32,000 nucleotides of DNA from the NCBI RefSeq assembly GCF_000400465.1, contig NW_008806300.1, forward strand, positions 1 to 32,000, given 5' to 3'. Both the position numbers and the translations under genes were made by a program. The stretch is from Wallemia ichthyophaga EXF-994. Lineage: Eukaryota > Fungi > Basidiomycota. The notes under the pieces are model-generated. The model searched no databases and was not told where the DNA came from. It saw only the letters and a list, made by a program, of their open reading frames with translations. Positions 20,744-31,185 of this stretch are shown here, piece by piece (within the stretch, counting starts at the first letter, position 1; every line of letters starts with the position of its first letter).

Positions 20744-21197
20744 CTAGTGAAGATCTAGAGCATCTTTAATGTAAGAACAAGTTAAAATAGTGAATACGTA
20801 TGCTTGGATAACACTTACTGCTAATTCTAGTCCAATTAATGCAACAAATAATGCAAATGGGATTAGAGTTAATGTAGCTACTAATAATGATGAGTTAAAT
20901 AGTCCAAATAAGAATGATGCTAGAATTTTTAGTAAAATATGTCCAGCTACCATGTTAGCAAATAGACGTACTCCTAATGATACAGCTCTAGCAAAGTATG
21001 AAATTAATTCGATTAATACTAGTAATGGTACTAATGCTAATGGTGTACCAGCAGGAACAAAGTAACTGAAGAAGTGGATACCATGTCTGAATAATCCAAG
21101 AATAGTAACAGATGAGAAAATCATACAACTGAATCCTAATGAAACAATAGCAGATGTAGTAATAGTAAATCCGTAAGGGATGTTACCATTAACGTTA
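20744..21197 (-). pseudogene. atp6: Inverted 3' part of atp6
   Basis: Reverse complement of 17277-17730. Confidence 0.92.
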
Positions 21198-21279
21198 ATT
21201 TATATGGTGATATTTATATTTAATATTAATAATTAAATATATTTTTTGTTATAGATTATAATATTTAATATTTATGATA

Positions 21280-21351
21280 TGATCCGGAAAGGAATTGAAC
21301 CTAATACCTTACAGTTATCGGCTGTACGTTCTACCATTAAACTACCAGATC
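21280..21351 (-). tRNA. trnI: tRNA-Ile(GAU), duplicate
   Basis: Copy of 16768-16839 at offset 4512. Confidence 0.88.
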
Positions 21352-21474
21352 TTATATAATTACGATAATCGAAAAATTTAGCAAATAATCAATAATTTAC
21401 CTTTAGAAAAAATAAAAAATAAAAATTAAAGGTAAAAGTTAAAGTTTGAATTTTATAATAATTTATTAATAAAT

Positions 21475-22242
21475 ATGCACAACTTATTTATGATCAACTC
21501 TCCATTAGAGCAATTCGGTGTTGTCAGTCTATTGGAGTTTAGACTACCATTTAATGGTACAGTTTTAAGTTTAACTAACTTAGGACTATATTCTATCATC
21601 ATTGTTGTTTTAATCTTAGGTGGACATTTTCTATCTACTAACAACAAAGGTCTAGTAAGTAGCCCATGGTCTCTTACATTTGAAAGCCTATATACTACTC
21701 TACAATCAATGGTTAAAGACCAAATTGGATCAAGATACGAATCATACTTACCTTTTGTATACGGATTATTTATTTTCATCCTAGTTGCTAACGTTAATGG
21801 TAACATCCCTTACGGATTTACTATTACTACATCTGCTATTGTTTCATTAGGATTCAGTTGTATGATTTTCTCATCTGTTACTATTCTTGGATTATTCAGA
21901 CATGGTATCCACTTCTTCAGTTACTTTGTTCCTGCTGGTACACCATTAGCATTAGTACCATTACTAGTATTAATCGAATTAATTTCATACTTTGCTAGAG
22001 CTGTATCATTAGGAGTACGTCTATTTGCTAACATGGTAGCTGGACATATTTTACTAAAAATTCTAGCATCATTCTTATTTGGACTATTTAACTCATCATT
22101 ATTAGTAGCTACATTAACTCTAATCCCATTTGCATTATTTGTTGCATTAATTGGACTAGAATTAGCAGTAAGTGTTATCCAAGCATACGTATTCACTATT
22201 TTAACTTGTTCTTACATTAAAGATGCTCTAGATCTTCACTAG
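21475..22242 (+). CDS. atp6: ATP synthase subunit a, duplicate
   Basis: Same 255-aa translation as 16963-17730. Confidence 0.93.
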   Translation: MHNLFMINSPLEQFGVVSLLEFRLPFNGTVLSLTNLGLYSIIIVVLILGGHFLSTNNKGLVSSPWSLTFESLYTTLQSMVKDQIGSRYESYLPFVYGLFIFILVANVNGNIPYGFTITTSAIVSLGFSCMIFSSVTILGLFRHGIHFFSYFVPAGTPLALVPLLVLIELISYFARAVSLGVRLFANMVAGHILLKILASFLFGLFNSSLLVATLTLIPFALFVALIGLELAVSVIQAYVFTILTCSYIKDALDLH

Positions 22243-22394
22243 TTAAATAATAGTAATATTATACTAATATATAATAACCCTTTTATAATTAATTAAACCC
22301 CTTTTTATATAATATATAATTATTAGATAATTAAAGGTAATCTGGTTATTTAATTTTTTTAAGTTATTTTATTTAACACTTATATTCTACCAAG

Positions 22395-22465
22395 GCATGT
22401 GTCGTATAATGGCAATATAGTGGTCTTCCATATCATTGACGTGGGTTCGATTCCCACCACATGTA
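22395..22465 (+). tRNA. trnG: tRNA-Gly(UCC), duplicate
   Basis: Copy at offset 4512. Confidence 0.9.
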
Positions 22466-22541
22466 TTTTTTGTAATATAAATTAATTCTATTATTATTTT
22501 AAAAAATTTAATTAATTATTTTACATTGTGACTTTTTAGTA

Positions 22542-23733
22542 ATGCTATTATTAGCTTTAATTATTTTAGTTGTTGTTTTAGCAACAAGTTCCTCAGAAAA
22601 CAGATCTACTGTTTCATTTGTTTACAATCCGGTTAAATTAATTGTATTATCATTAATTTTATCAATTGTATTAATTATTTCCGCTATTTCATCTTGCCCA
22701 TTAGATTTAACAGTTTCTCTCTTTAGTGGACTATATCAAACATCATATGTAACATTAGCATTTGATTTACTATTATTTGTTAGTTCAGCATTAGTTTTAA
22801 CATCATGGCCTCAATTTAAATCGAATAAATACTTATCTCATTTTAATAATTTTAAAATGAACGATTATAGTCTTATTGTTTTATTTTCTATTATTGGTGG
22901 ATCATTCTTATTAGCTTCTAATGATTTAATTAGTTTATACTTAGCTCTTGAATTACAATCATTTGGTGTTTATGTTCTTACTACATTATATAGAGACTCA
23001 GAATCTGCTACTTCTGGTGGTATGAAATACTTCTTTTTAGGAGCTCTTTCTTCAGCCTTAATTTTATTAGGGTCAGCTATTTTATATACTTATTTAGGAT
23101 TAACACAATTCGAATCTATTTATATTTTAGCAAGTGTTCCTACTAATACTATCGATCAAATTGGACTAAATTTTGGTTTATTACTTATTCTTATTGGATT
23201 ATTATTTAAAGTTGCAGCTGCACCATTCCATTCATATGCTCCAGATGTATATGACGGAGCACCAACTCAAGTAACAATTTGGTTAACAACTATTCCAAAA
23301 CTAAGTTTATTTGGTTTATTATTAGTTCTACAACCATTAGGTACATTATTAAGTAGTTCAGTAGAATTATTTAATTTAGTTCCATGGACAGATTTATTAT
23401 TATTATCTACATTATTATCATTTATTGTCGGAAGTGTTATTGGTTTAGGTCAATATAGAATTAAAAGATTACTTGCTTATAGTACTATTGGACATGTCGG
23501 ATTTATTTTATTAGGTCTAGCAAGTCATAGTACACAATCATTAGAATCAACATTCTTTTACTTAGGTCAATATACATTCACTACTATTAATGTATTCCTT
23601 ATCTTAATTGCATTTGGTATTGCTATTAATGGTAAAAAATCTAATACTAATTATGATATTCAATTTATTAAAGATTTAACAGGACAATTCCTACATAACC
23701 CAGCATTAAGTTTAAGTTTAAGTTTATGTTTAT
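22542..23733 (+). pseudogene. nad2: 3'-truncated nad2 copy 2
   Basis: Same truncation junction as 18030-19221. Confidence 0.92.
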
Positions 23734-24851
23734 CCTAAAAGTGGAGGTACTCCTGCCATAGAGAATAAACATAAACTTAAACTTAAACTTAATGCTGGGT
23801 TATGTAGGAATTGTCCTGTTAAATCTTTAATAAATTGAATATCATAATTAGTATTAGATTTTTTACCATTAATAGCAATACCAAATGCAATTAAGATAAG
23901 GAATACATTAATAGTAGTGAATGTATATTGACCTAAGTAAAAGAATGTTGATTCTAATGATTGTGTACTATGACTTGCTAGACCTAATAAAATAAATCCG
24001 ACATGTCCAATAGTACTATAAGCAAGTAATCTTTTAATTCTATATTGACCTAAACCAATAACACTTCCGACAATAAATGATAATAATGTAGATAATAATA
24101 ATAAATCTGTCCATGGAACTAAATTAAATAATTCTACTGAACTACTTAATAATGTACCTAATGGTTGTAGAACTAATAATAAACCAAATAAACTTAGTTT
24201 TGGAATAGTTGTTAACCAAATTGTTACTTGAGTTGGTGCTCCGTCATATACATCTGGAGCATATGAATGGAATGGTGCAGCTGCAACTTTAAATAATAAT
24301 CCAATAAGAATAAGTAATAAACCAAAATTTAGTCCAATTTGATCGATAGTATTAGCAGGAACACTTGCTAAAATATAAATAGATTCGAATTGTGTTAATC
24401 CTAAATAAGTATATAAAATAGCTGACCCTAATAAAATTAAGGCTGAAGAAAGAGCTCCTAAAAAGAAGTATTTCATACCACCAGAAGTAGCAGATTCTGA
24501 GTCTCTATATAATGTAGTAAGAACATAAACACCAAATGATTGTAATTCAAGAGCTAAGTATAAACTAATTAAATCATTAGAAGCTAATAAGAATGATCCA
24601 CCAATAATAGAAAATAAAACAATAAGACTATAATCGTTCATTTTAAAATTATTAAAATGAGATAAGTATTTATTCGATTTAAATTGAGGCCATGATGTTA
24701 AAACTAATGCTGAACTAACAAATAATAGTAAAGCAAATGCTAATGTTACATATGATGTTTGATATAGTCCACTAAAGAGAGAAACTGTTAAATCTAATGG
24801 GCAAGATGAAATAGCGGAAATAATTAATACAATTGATAAAATTAATGATAA
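23732..24851 (-). pseudogene. nad2: Inverted internal nad2 fragment
   Basis: Copy of 19220-20339, including both variant bases. Confidence 0.9.
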
Positions 24852-24969
24852 ACCCTTTTATAATTAATTAAACCCCTTTTTATATAATATATAATTATTA
24901 GATAATTAAAGGTAATCTGGTTATTTAATTTTTTTAAGTTATTTTATTTAACACTTATATTCTACCAAG

Positions 24970-25040
24970 GCATGTGTCGTATAATGGCAATATAGTGGTC
25001 TTCCATATCATTGACGTGGGTTCGATTCCCACCACATGTA
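24970..25040 (+). tRNA. trnG: tRNA-Gly(UCC), copy before the full-length nad2
   Basis: Copy at offset 7087. Confidence 0.9.
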
Positions 25041-25116
25041 TTTTTTGTAATATAAATTAATTCTATTATTATTTTAAAAAATTTAATTAATTATTTTACA
25101 TTGTGACTTTTTAGTA

Positions 25117-26637
25117 ATGCTATTATTAGCTTTAATTATTTTAGTTGTTGTTTTAGCAACAAGTTCCTCAGAAAACAGATCTACTGTTTCATTTGTTTAC
25201 AATCCGGTTAAATTAATTGTATTATCATTAATTTTATCAATTGTATTAATTATTTCCGCTATTTCATCTTGCCCATTAGATTTAACAGTTTCTCTCTTTA
25301 GTGGACTATATCAAACATCATATGTAACATTAGCATTTGATTTACTATTATTTGTTAGTTCAGCATTAGTTTTAACATCATGGCCTCAATTTAAATCGAA
25401 TAAATACTTATCTCATTTTAATAATTTTAAAATGAACGATTATAGTCTTATTGTTTTATTTTCTATTATTGGTGGATCATTCTTATTAGCTTCTAATGAT
25501 TTAATTAGTTTATACTTAGCTCTTGAATTACAATCATTTGGTGTTTATGTTCTTACTACATTATATAGAGACTCAGAATCTGCTACTTCTGGTGGTATGA
25601 AATACTTCTTTTTAGGAGCTCTTTCTTCAGCCTTAATTTTATTAGGGTCAGCTATTTTATATACTTATTTAGGATTAACACAATTCGAATCTATTTATAT
25701 TTTAGCAAGTGTTCCTACTAATACTATCGATCAAATTGGACTAAATTTTGGTTTATTACTTATTCTTATTGGATTATTATTTAAAGTTGCAGCTGCACCA
25801 TTCCATTCATATGCTCCAGATGTATATGACGGAGCACCAACTCAAGTAACAATTTGGTTAACAACTATTCCAAAACTAAGTTTATTTGGTTTATTATTAG
25901 TTCTACAACCATTAGGTACATTATTAAGTAGTTCAGTAGAATTATTTAATTTAGTTCCATGGACAGATTTATTATTATTATCTACATTATTATCATTTAT
26001 TGTCGGAAGTGTTATTGGTTTAGGTCAATATAGAATTAAAAGATTACTTGCTTATAGTACTATTGGACATGTCGGATTTATTTTATTAGGTCTAGCAAGT
26101 CATAGTACACAATCATTAGAATCAACATTCTTTTACTTAGGTCAATATACATTCACTACTATTAATGTATTCCTTATCTTAATTGCATTTGGTATTGCTA
26201 TTAATGGTAAAAAATCTAATACTAATTATGATATTCAATTTATTAAAGATTTAACAGGACAATTCCTACATAACCCAGCATTAAGTTTAAGTTTAAGTTT
26301 ATGTTTATTCTCTATGGCAGGAGTACCTCCACTTTTAGGATTCTTTGGAAAACAAGTAATTCTACAAGCATCTTTATATTCTGGATATAACTGGTTAGCC
26401 TTAGTAGGTATTGTTACAAGTGTAATTAGTGCATATTATTATCTAAAAATTGTAAGAACACTATTCTTTGAATCAAACAATTCAGTTGATAATTATAATG
26501 ATAATATCGTAGAAATTAATTCAGTACATTCATTTACAATTTCATTATTAACAATTTCATTATTGGTTTATATTATTAATCCATCATTAGTTCTGAATAG
26601 TATGCATCTACTAGGTTTAAGTTTATATAATATTTAG
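25117..26637 (+). CDS. nad2: NADH dehydrogenase subunit 2, full length
   Basis: 506 aa; [48 protein letters not shown]. Confidence 0.97.
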   Translation: MLLLALIILVVVLATSSSENRSTVSFVYNPVKLIVLSLILSIVLIISAISSCPLDLTVSLFSGLYQTSYVTLAFDLLLFVSSALVLTSWPQFKSNKYLSHFNNFKMNDYSLIVLFSIIGGSFLLASNDLISLYLALELQSFGVYVLTTLYRDSESATSGGMKYFFLGALSSALILLGSAILYTYLGLTQFESIYILASVPTNTIDQIGLNFGLLLILIGLLFKVAAAPFHSYAPDVYDGAPTQVTIWLTTIPKLSLFGLLLVLQPLGTLLSSSVELFNLVPWTDLLLLSTLLSFIVGSVIGLGQYRIKRLLAYSTIGHVGFILLGLASHSTQSLESTFFYLGQYTFTTINVFLILIAFGIAINGKKSNTNYDIQFIKDLTGQFLHNPALSLSLSLCLFSMAGVPPLLGFFGKQVILQASLYSGYNWLALVGIVTSVISAYYYLKIVRTLFFESNNSVDNYNDNIVEINSVHSFTISLLTISLLVYIINPSLVLNSMHLLGLSLYNI

Positions 26638-26639
26638 AT

Positions 26640-27023
26640 ATGAACTCATTAACATTACTTTTTATTGTAGTACCAGTTTTAATTGGTGTACTATTATTAC
26701 TTAATTTATTACTTGCTGTTCACAAACCCGACGCTGAGAAAGTAACACCATATGAGTGTGGATTCAGTCCAGTTGAAGGTCAAACAAGAACACCATTCAC
26801 AATTCAATACTATTTAGTGGGAATTTTATTCCTAGTATTTGATCTAGAAATTTTATTATTCTTCCCATTATCAGTTAGTTTATACCAAGTATCTAGTTAT
26901 GGATTTACTATTGCTGTATTATTCTTCTCCGTACTTACTATTGGATTCATTTACGAATTAAGTAGAAATGTATTACACTTCACTGATCAAAGATCTGCCT
27001 TTGCTTCAGCAGTAAGAAGATAA
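26640..27023 (+). CDS. nad3: NADH dehydrogenase subunit 3
   Basis: [18 protein letters not shown]; starts 2 nt after the nad2 stop. Confidence 0.97.
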   Translation: MNSLTLLFIVVPVLIGVLLLLNLLLAVHKPDAEKVTPYECGFSPVEGQTRTPFTIQYYLVGILFLVFDLEILLFFPLSVSLYQVSSYGFTIAVLFFSVLTIGFIYELSRNVLHFTDQRSAFASAVRR

Positions 27024-27139
27024 TATACTATTTATATCAATAATTTTTAATACCCCTCCCTACATAAGATTATAGGTAATTCAATATATTTTTAAGTATA
27101 TGTATAAAATTGGCTTATTTTTATAATTTATCTATAATA

Positions 27140-27210
27140 GGGCGCATAGCTTAGTGGTAAAGCGAACTGCTTTTAACAGTTTGATGAGTGTTCGATTCGC
27201 TCTGTGCCTA
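27140..27210 (+). tRNA. trnK: tRNA-Lys(UUU)
   Basis: Acceptor GGGCGCA/TGTGCCT; loop CT TTT AA. Confidence 0.93.
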
Positions 27211-27361
27211 AATATAATATAACACAAAATATTACTATCTTTTAAGAATAAAATTATAATAATATTTATGTACAAATTAGTTATTTTTATTTTTATTTAG
27301 ATTATTAAAAATAATGAACATAAAGGTAATTATTTAGTTATTTTTCTATATAGAATTTATT

Positions 27362-27449
27362 GGGTTCATGGCAGAGCGGTCTATTGCATTCGTCTTGAAA
27401 ACGAAAGCTATCTAATCGATAGCCGTAGGTTCAAATCCTACTGAGCCCG
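27362..27449 (+). tRNA. trnS: tRNA-Ser(UGA)
   Basis: Acceptor GGGTTCA/TGAGCCC; loop CT TGA AA; long variable arm. Confidence 0.93.
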
Positions 27450-27519
27450 TTTTTAAAAATTTTAAAAATTATATAAATTTAATAATAAGAAAATGTGTAA
27501 TTATATTTTACAATTTATT

Positions 27520-27590
27520 GCTGTAGTAGCTCAATGGTAGAGCGCGTTGCTGTTAACAACAAGACCTTGGTTCGATTCCATGCTACGGCT
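27520..27590 (+). tRNA. trnN: tRNA-Asn(GUU)
   Basis: Acceptor GCTGTAG/CTACGGC; loop CT GTT AA. Confidence 0.92.
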
Positions 27591-27719
27591 GGGTTTATTT
27601 GAGAGACAATAAATCATTAGAGTGTCCAAAACTCTATCCTTCTCCTTAGTGTATCCTGTATTATCTTACAGGAATTAAATGATGAAAATCATTCTTTTTA
27701 TATATATTATTTTTTAACA

Positions 27720-28340
27720 ATGAACTTATTTCTTCTTGATTTATTATCTGCTTTAGCAATGATCTCAGGTGTAATGGTTATTACATCTAAAAGTCCAGTT
27801 AGTTCTGTTTTATTCTTGGTTAGTGTATTTGTTAACTCAGCCTGTTACTTAGTAATTTTAGGTGTTGGATTTATCGGTTTATCATACTTAATTGTATACG
27901 TAGGAGCCATTGCGATCTTATTCTTATTCGTAATTATGATGCTTAATTTAAGATTAGTTGAATTAGTAGAAGTAGGGAAGGACTATACTAAGAATCTACC
28001 GTTAGGTCTATTAATTGGTTTAGTTCTATTCCTAGATTTAGTTAGTGTTATTCCATTCGATTTTACTAATGTAACATTCACTAATAAATTATTAGGTTAT
28101 TATACTAATATTCAAAATGTTCTATTATCAGGTGATTTCAGTGGACTAAATAATGAAACTGTTTATCAAACTTTCAACCTAAACGGTCTTGATAATGAAA
28201 TTGTTTCATTTACACACATCCAAGCTATTGGACAAGGTTTATATACTTATGGTTCAATTTGGCTAATTCTAGTAAGTTTCGTACTACTTTTAGGAATGGT
28301 AGGACCAATTGTTCTATGTCTAAAACCATCTGCTAAATAA
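27720..28340 (+). CDS. nad6: NADH dehydrogenase subunit 6
   Basis: ITSKSPVSSVLFL, YVGAIAILFLFVIMML, LLLGMVGPI. Confidence 0.96.
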   Translation: MNLFLLDLLSALAMISGVMVITSKSPVSSVLFLVSVFVNSACYLVILGVGFIGLSYLIVYVGAIAILFLFVIMMLNLRLVELVEVGKDYTKNLPLGLLIGLVLFLDLVSVIPFDFTNVTFTNKLLGYYTNIQNVLLSGDFSGLNNETVYQTFNLNGLDNEIVSFTHIQAIGQGLYTYGSIWLILVSFVLLLGMVGPIVLCLKPSAK

Positions 28341-28655
28341 GACACAATTATAAAATAAAATTATTAAACCCCTCCCAAATGTATATTATAATATAATAAA
28401 ATTTTATACAATTTATTTATATTATCCATTCATAAAATATAAAATAAAAATCTACTAAATAAAAATAAAATAAAGTATATATTATTAGAATTAATATGAA
28501 ATAGATAATAGTAAAATATATGTGTAATATAGTTTTATTTTTGTAATAATAATAATATGTATAGACGACAATCAAATTAATAAGTAATAATTTTATAAGT
28601 AATATATAATATGTAATATTTAGTATATAGTATATAATATATAGTATTAATATAA

Positions 28656-28699
28656 TAGTATTAGTATGTAGTATTAGTATTAGTATTAGTATGTAGTAT
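28656..28699. repeat. TAGTAT(G) short tandem array
   Basis: About 7 near-perfect hexamer/heptamer units directly beside the 3' end of trnQ. Confidence 0.85.
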
Positions 28700-28769
28700 A
28701 GGAACGCGAAGACTCGAACTCCGACTACCCCTACCAAAAAGGGGTGAACTTCCCTTGTTCTACATTCCT
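28699..28769 (-). tRNA. trnQ: tRNA-Gln(UUG)
   Basis: Acceptor AGGAATG/CGTTCCT; arm CCCCT-TT TTG GT-AGGGG. Confidence 0.92.
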
Positions 28770-28820
28770 TATAAGAATAAACAAATAATCTTCTGTATTT
28801 ATAATTATAAATCATTTAAT

Positions 28821-28893
28821 GGCTGGGTAAAGGAATCGAACCTTTTCCTCATCAGTATGAATGATACGTTCTAACCGATTGAACTAACCCAAC
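28821..28893 (-). tRNA. trnM: tRNA with CAU anticodon (Met, or Ile if C34 is modified)
   Basis: Acceptor GTTGGGT/ACCCAGC; arm TATCA-TT CAT AC-TGATG. Confidence 0.85.
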
Positions 28894-28913
28894 TTAATTA
28901 AATAACTATTGTT

Positions 28914-28996
28914 TGGGCAGAGAGAGATTCGAACTCCCGACGGGTGGCACCCAGTTGAATTACAGTCAACCCCTATAACCACTCAGGCATCTACCC
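28914..28996 (-). tRNA. trnY: tRNA-Tyr(GUA)
   Basis: Acceptor GGGTAGA/TCTGCCC; loop CT GTA AT; long variable arm. Confidence 0.93.
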
Positions 28997-29026
28997 CTTA
29001 AAAAACTAATAATTAATAATTAAATA

Positions 29027-29097
29027 TGCCTGATGCATGATTCGAACATACAATGACCGTTTACAAGACGGTAGTTATACCCTTTAACTAATCAGAC
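29027..29097 (-). tRNA. trnT: tRNA-Thr(UGU)
   Basis: Acceptor GTCTGAT/ATCAGGC; arm ACCGT-CT TGT AA-ACGGT. Confidence 0.92.
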
Positions 29098-29183
29098 AAT
29101 AATAAAACCAAAAAGATAATTACCTTTATTACTATATAAAAATAAAAATTTTTTATCTTTTGTTATAGTTTTATATTTTAATT

Positions 29184-29256
29184 TATCCACGATCGGATTC
29201 GAACCGACATAACTCCACACGAAAAGTGAATGTCTTACCTGTTAGACTACATGGAC
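29184..29256 (-). tRNA. trnE: tRNA-Glu(UUC)
   Basis: Acceptor GTCCATG/CGTGGAT; loop TT TTC GT. Confidence 0.92.
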
Positions 29257-29391
29257 ATTTAATTTAAATAAAACCAATAAATCAGTATATAAAATAAATT
29301 AATATATTAATATTATGGATTTTTATTATTTTTAGTATTTTTATTATTTTTAGTATTTTTTAGTTTATTATTTTAAAGTTTTTTATTCATT

Positions 29392-29464
29392 GTGCGAGTA
29401 ATGGATTCGAACCAAATTCCAACAAGTCATGAGCTTATTATGCTAACCATTACACCAACTCGCA
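29392..29464 (-). tRNA. trnM: tRNA-Met(CAU)
   Basis: Acceptor TGCGAGT/ACTCGCA; loop CT CAT GA. Confidence 0.88.
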
Positions 29465-29506
29465 TTTAAATAGTATAAAGCATATATTATATTGGCTTTA
29501 TAATAA

Positions 29507-29577
29507 AATCACTTCCAGGATTCGAACCTGAATAGGGATCTTAGAAGGATCCTGCTTTACCCTTAAGCTAAAGTAAT
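29507..29577 (-). tRNA. trnR: tRNA-Arg(UCU)
   Basis: Acceptor ATTACTT/AAGTGAT; arm GGATC-CT TCT AA-GATCC. Confidence 0.92.
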
Positions 29578-29628
29578 TGCTACTTATAACTACTTATATT
29601 TTATTGTATATCTTTATTTTTATATAAT

Positions 29629-29701
29629 AGTCAGAGCAAGGAATTGAACCTTTTTCTACCAGATTTGCAATCCGAAGGCTGAAACCATCAGCCGCCCTAA
29701 C
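29629..29701 (-). tRNA. trnC: tRNA-Cys(GCA)
   Basis: Acceptor GTTAGGG/CTCTGAC, U discriminator; loop TT GCA AA. Confidence 0.9.
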
Positions 29702-29798
29702 CTTAATATACCAAAACAAATACTAATTATATTACCTTTAATTTACTATGAAGGGGTTTAATAATTTTATTAATAATAATATTTCTATGTTAAATCAA

Positions 29799-31005
29799 CT
29801 ATGAAACTAGTAATAATAGTAAAAACAATAATCCTAATTTAATTCCTAAAATCATTGTACCATTTGATAGGTTTAATAAACCTACTCCTAATACTAAGAA
29901 AATAAGAATCATTAAGGCTAACATGATATATAATGAGTTTAATGTAATTCCTCCACTATTTGATAGTGCATCAGTATCAGTTTCTTTTAATTGATTTTGA
30001 CTGAATAATTTACCTGTATCGAATTTTGATAATTTATTTGACATAGATACTAGACTTACTGATAATCCATATGGTCCTAAAATTTCAATAATACCTCTAT
30101 CAAATACTTTAGATAAAATTAATCCATATTTGAAACTTAAATCTGTAGTTAATCCATTTAAAATAGCATCGAATTTATATTTACCATTGAAGAATGTATA
30201 AGATTTATATCCGAAGTTTGATTTTGTTAAATCAATTGCATATTTTGCTGCTGACGGATATTGATATAGACTAAATCCAGCTAAGAATCCAATTAAAGTG
30301 AAAATAGCTGGTAACCATTTAATAAGAATAGGTAAGTTAAATTCAGCTTCAACTAAGTATACATTATTTGGGTGTGTAAACAATGCTGAACCAAAGAAAT
30401 CAGTTCCCATACCTACAAATGCATCTTTTCCAAAGTAACCAAAGAAGATACTCATAATACTTAATACAATTAATGGAATAAATGTAAATGTATCACTTTC
30501 GTGTGTATTTTCATAATCTACTTTTGGTGCATTTGGTGTTGAAAAGAATACTAGTGTTAATAATCTAGTTGAATAGAAAGCTGTGAATAAAGCTGCTACT
30601 GATCCAAGAATAAATACTACAATACCTGGTAGAGAATAAGCACCATATGACAATTCAAGAATTAAATCTTTAGAATAGAATCCTGTTAAAAATGGTACTG
30701 CCATTAATGAAAACGATCCTACTAGCATGGCTGTATATTTTAATGTTAAAAATGATCTTAATCCTCCTAATCTTCTAATATCTTGTTGATCCGCCATAGA
30801 GTGAATAACAGCACCTGCAGCTAAGAATAGCATAGATTTAAAGAAACCATGATTTACTAAATGGAATAATGCAACATCATATTGAGATAATCCACATGCC
30901 ATAACCATATATCCACATTGTGACATAGTACTCATAGCAATAATACGTTTCATATCATTTTGTAATAATCCCATTGAGGCTCCAATAAAGGCAGTTACAG
31001 CTCCA
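29799..31005 (-). CDS. nad5: NADH dehydrogenase subunit 5, 3' portion only (5' end lost at the duplication junction)
   Basis: QNDMKRIIAMSTMSQ, HLVNHGFFKSMLFL, GFYSKDLILE; the frame is open to the junction at 31005/31006. Confidence 0.95.
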
Positions 31006-31112
31006 ATACCCTTTAACTAATCAGACAATAATAAAACCAAAAAGATAATTACCTTTATTACTATATAAAAATAAAAATTTTTTATCTTTTGTTATAGTTT
31101 TATATTTTAATT

Positions 31113-31185
31113 TATCCACGATCGGATTCGAACCGACATAACTCCACACGAAAAGTGAATGTCTTACCTGTTAGACTACATGGAC
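31113..31185 (-). tRNA. trnE: tRNA-Glu(UUC), duplicate
   Basis: Copy at offset 1929. Confidence 0.9.

Larger units (their letters stand above)
16684..24851. repeat. Nested amplification: 4512-bp unit (trnI-atp6-trnG-nad2 fragment plus inverted arm) repeated in tandem, then re-entry to unique sequence
   Basis: 16684-21195 repeats at offset 4512 up to 24851; fold-back junctions at 19220/1 and 23732/3; 24851 rejoins position 17764 (offset 7087). Confidence 0.95.

Noticed and set aside
17277-21197. A native large inverted repeat, as in some yeast mtDNAs
   Set aside because: The arms are only 31 nt apart, cut through coding sequence and leave truncated genes, unlike stable genomic inverted repeats
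15890-22196. Antisense ORFs over nad1 and atp6 (97, 117 and 91 aa)
   Set aside because: Shadow frames expected from the biased codon usage of the sense genes; no independent signal
18030-26637. Five nad2 and three atp6 copies as a paralogue family or a new gene cluster
   Set aside because: The copies are identical apart from two bases and end at rearrangement junctions; only 25117-26637 is a complete nad2
27095-27120. GTATAAAATTGGCTTA resembles the 3' conserved region of RNase P RNA (rnpB)
   Set aside because: No GAAAGTC-type 5' partner was found and there are only about 40 nt after the nad3 C-box, too little room for rnpB
28656-28699. CRISPR-like or telomeric array
   Set aside because: Only about 44 nt of hexamer repeats, with no spacers and an internal position
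28417-28815. 132-aa minus-strand ORF
   Set aside because: Low-complexity I/Y/L translation of an AT-rich spacer and the repeat array; overlaps trnQ; no recognisable motif
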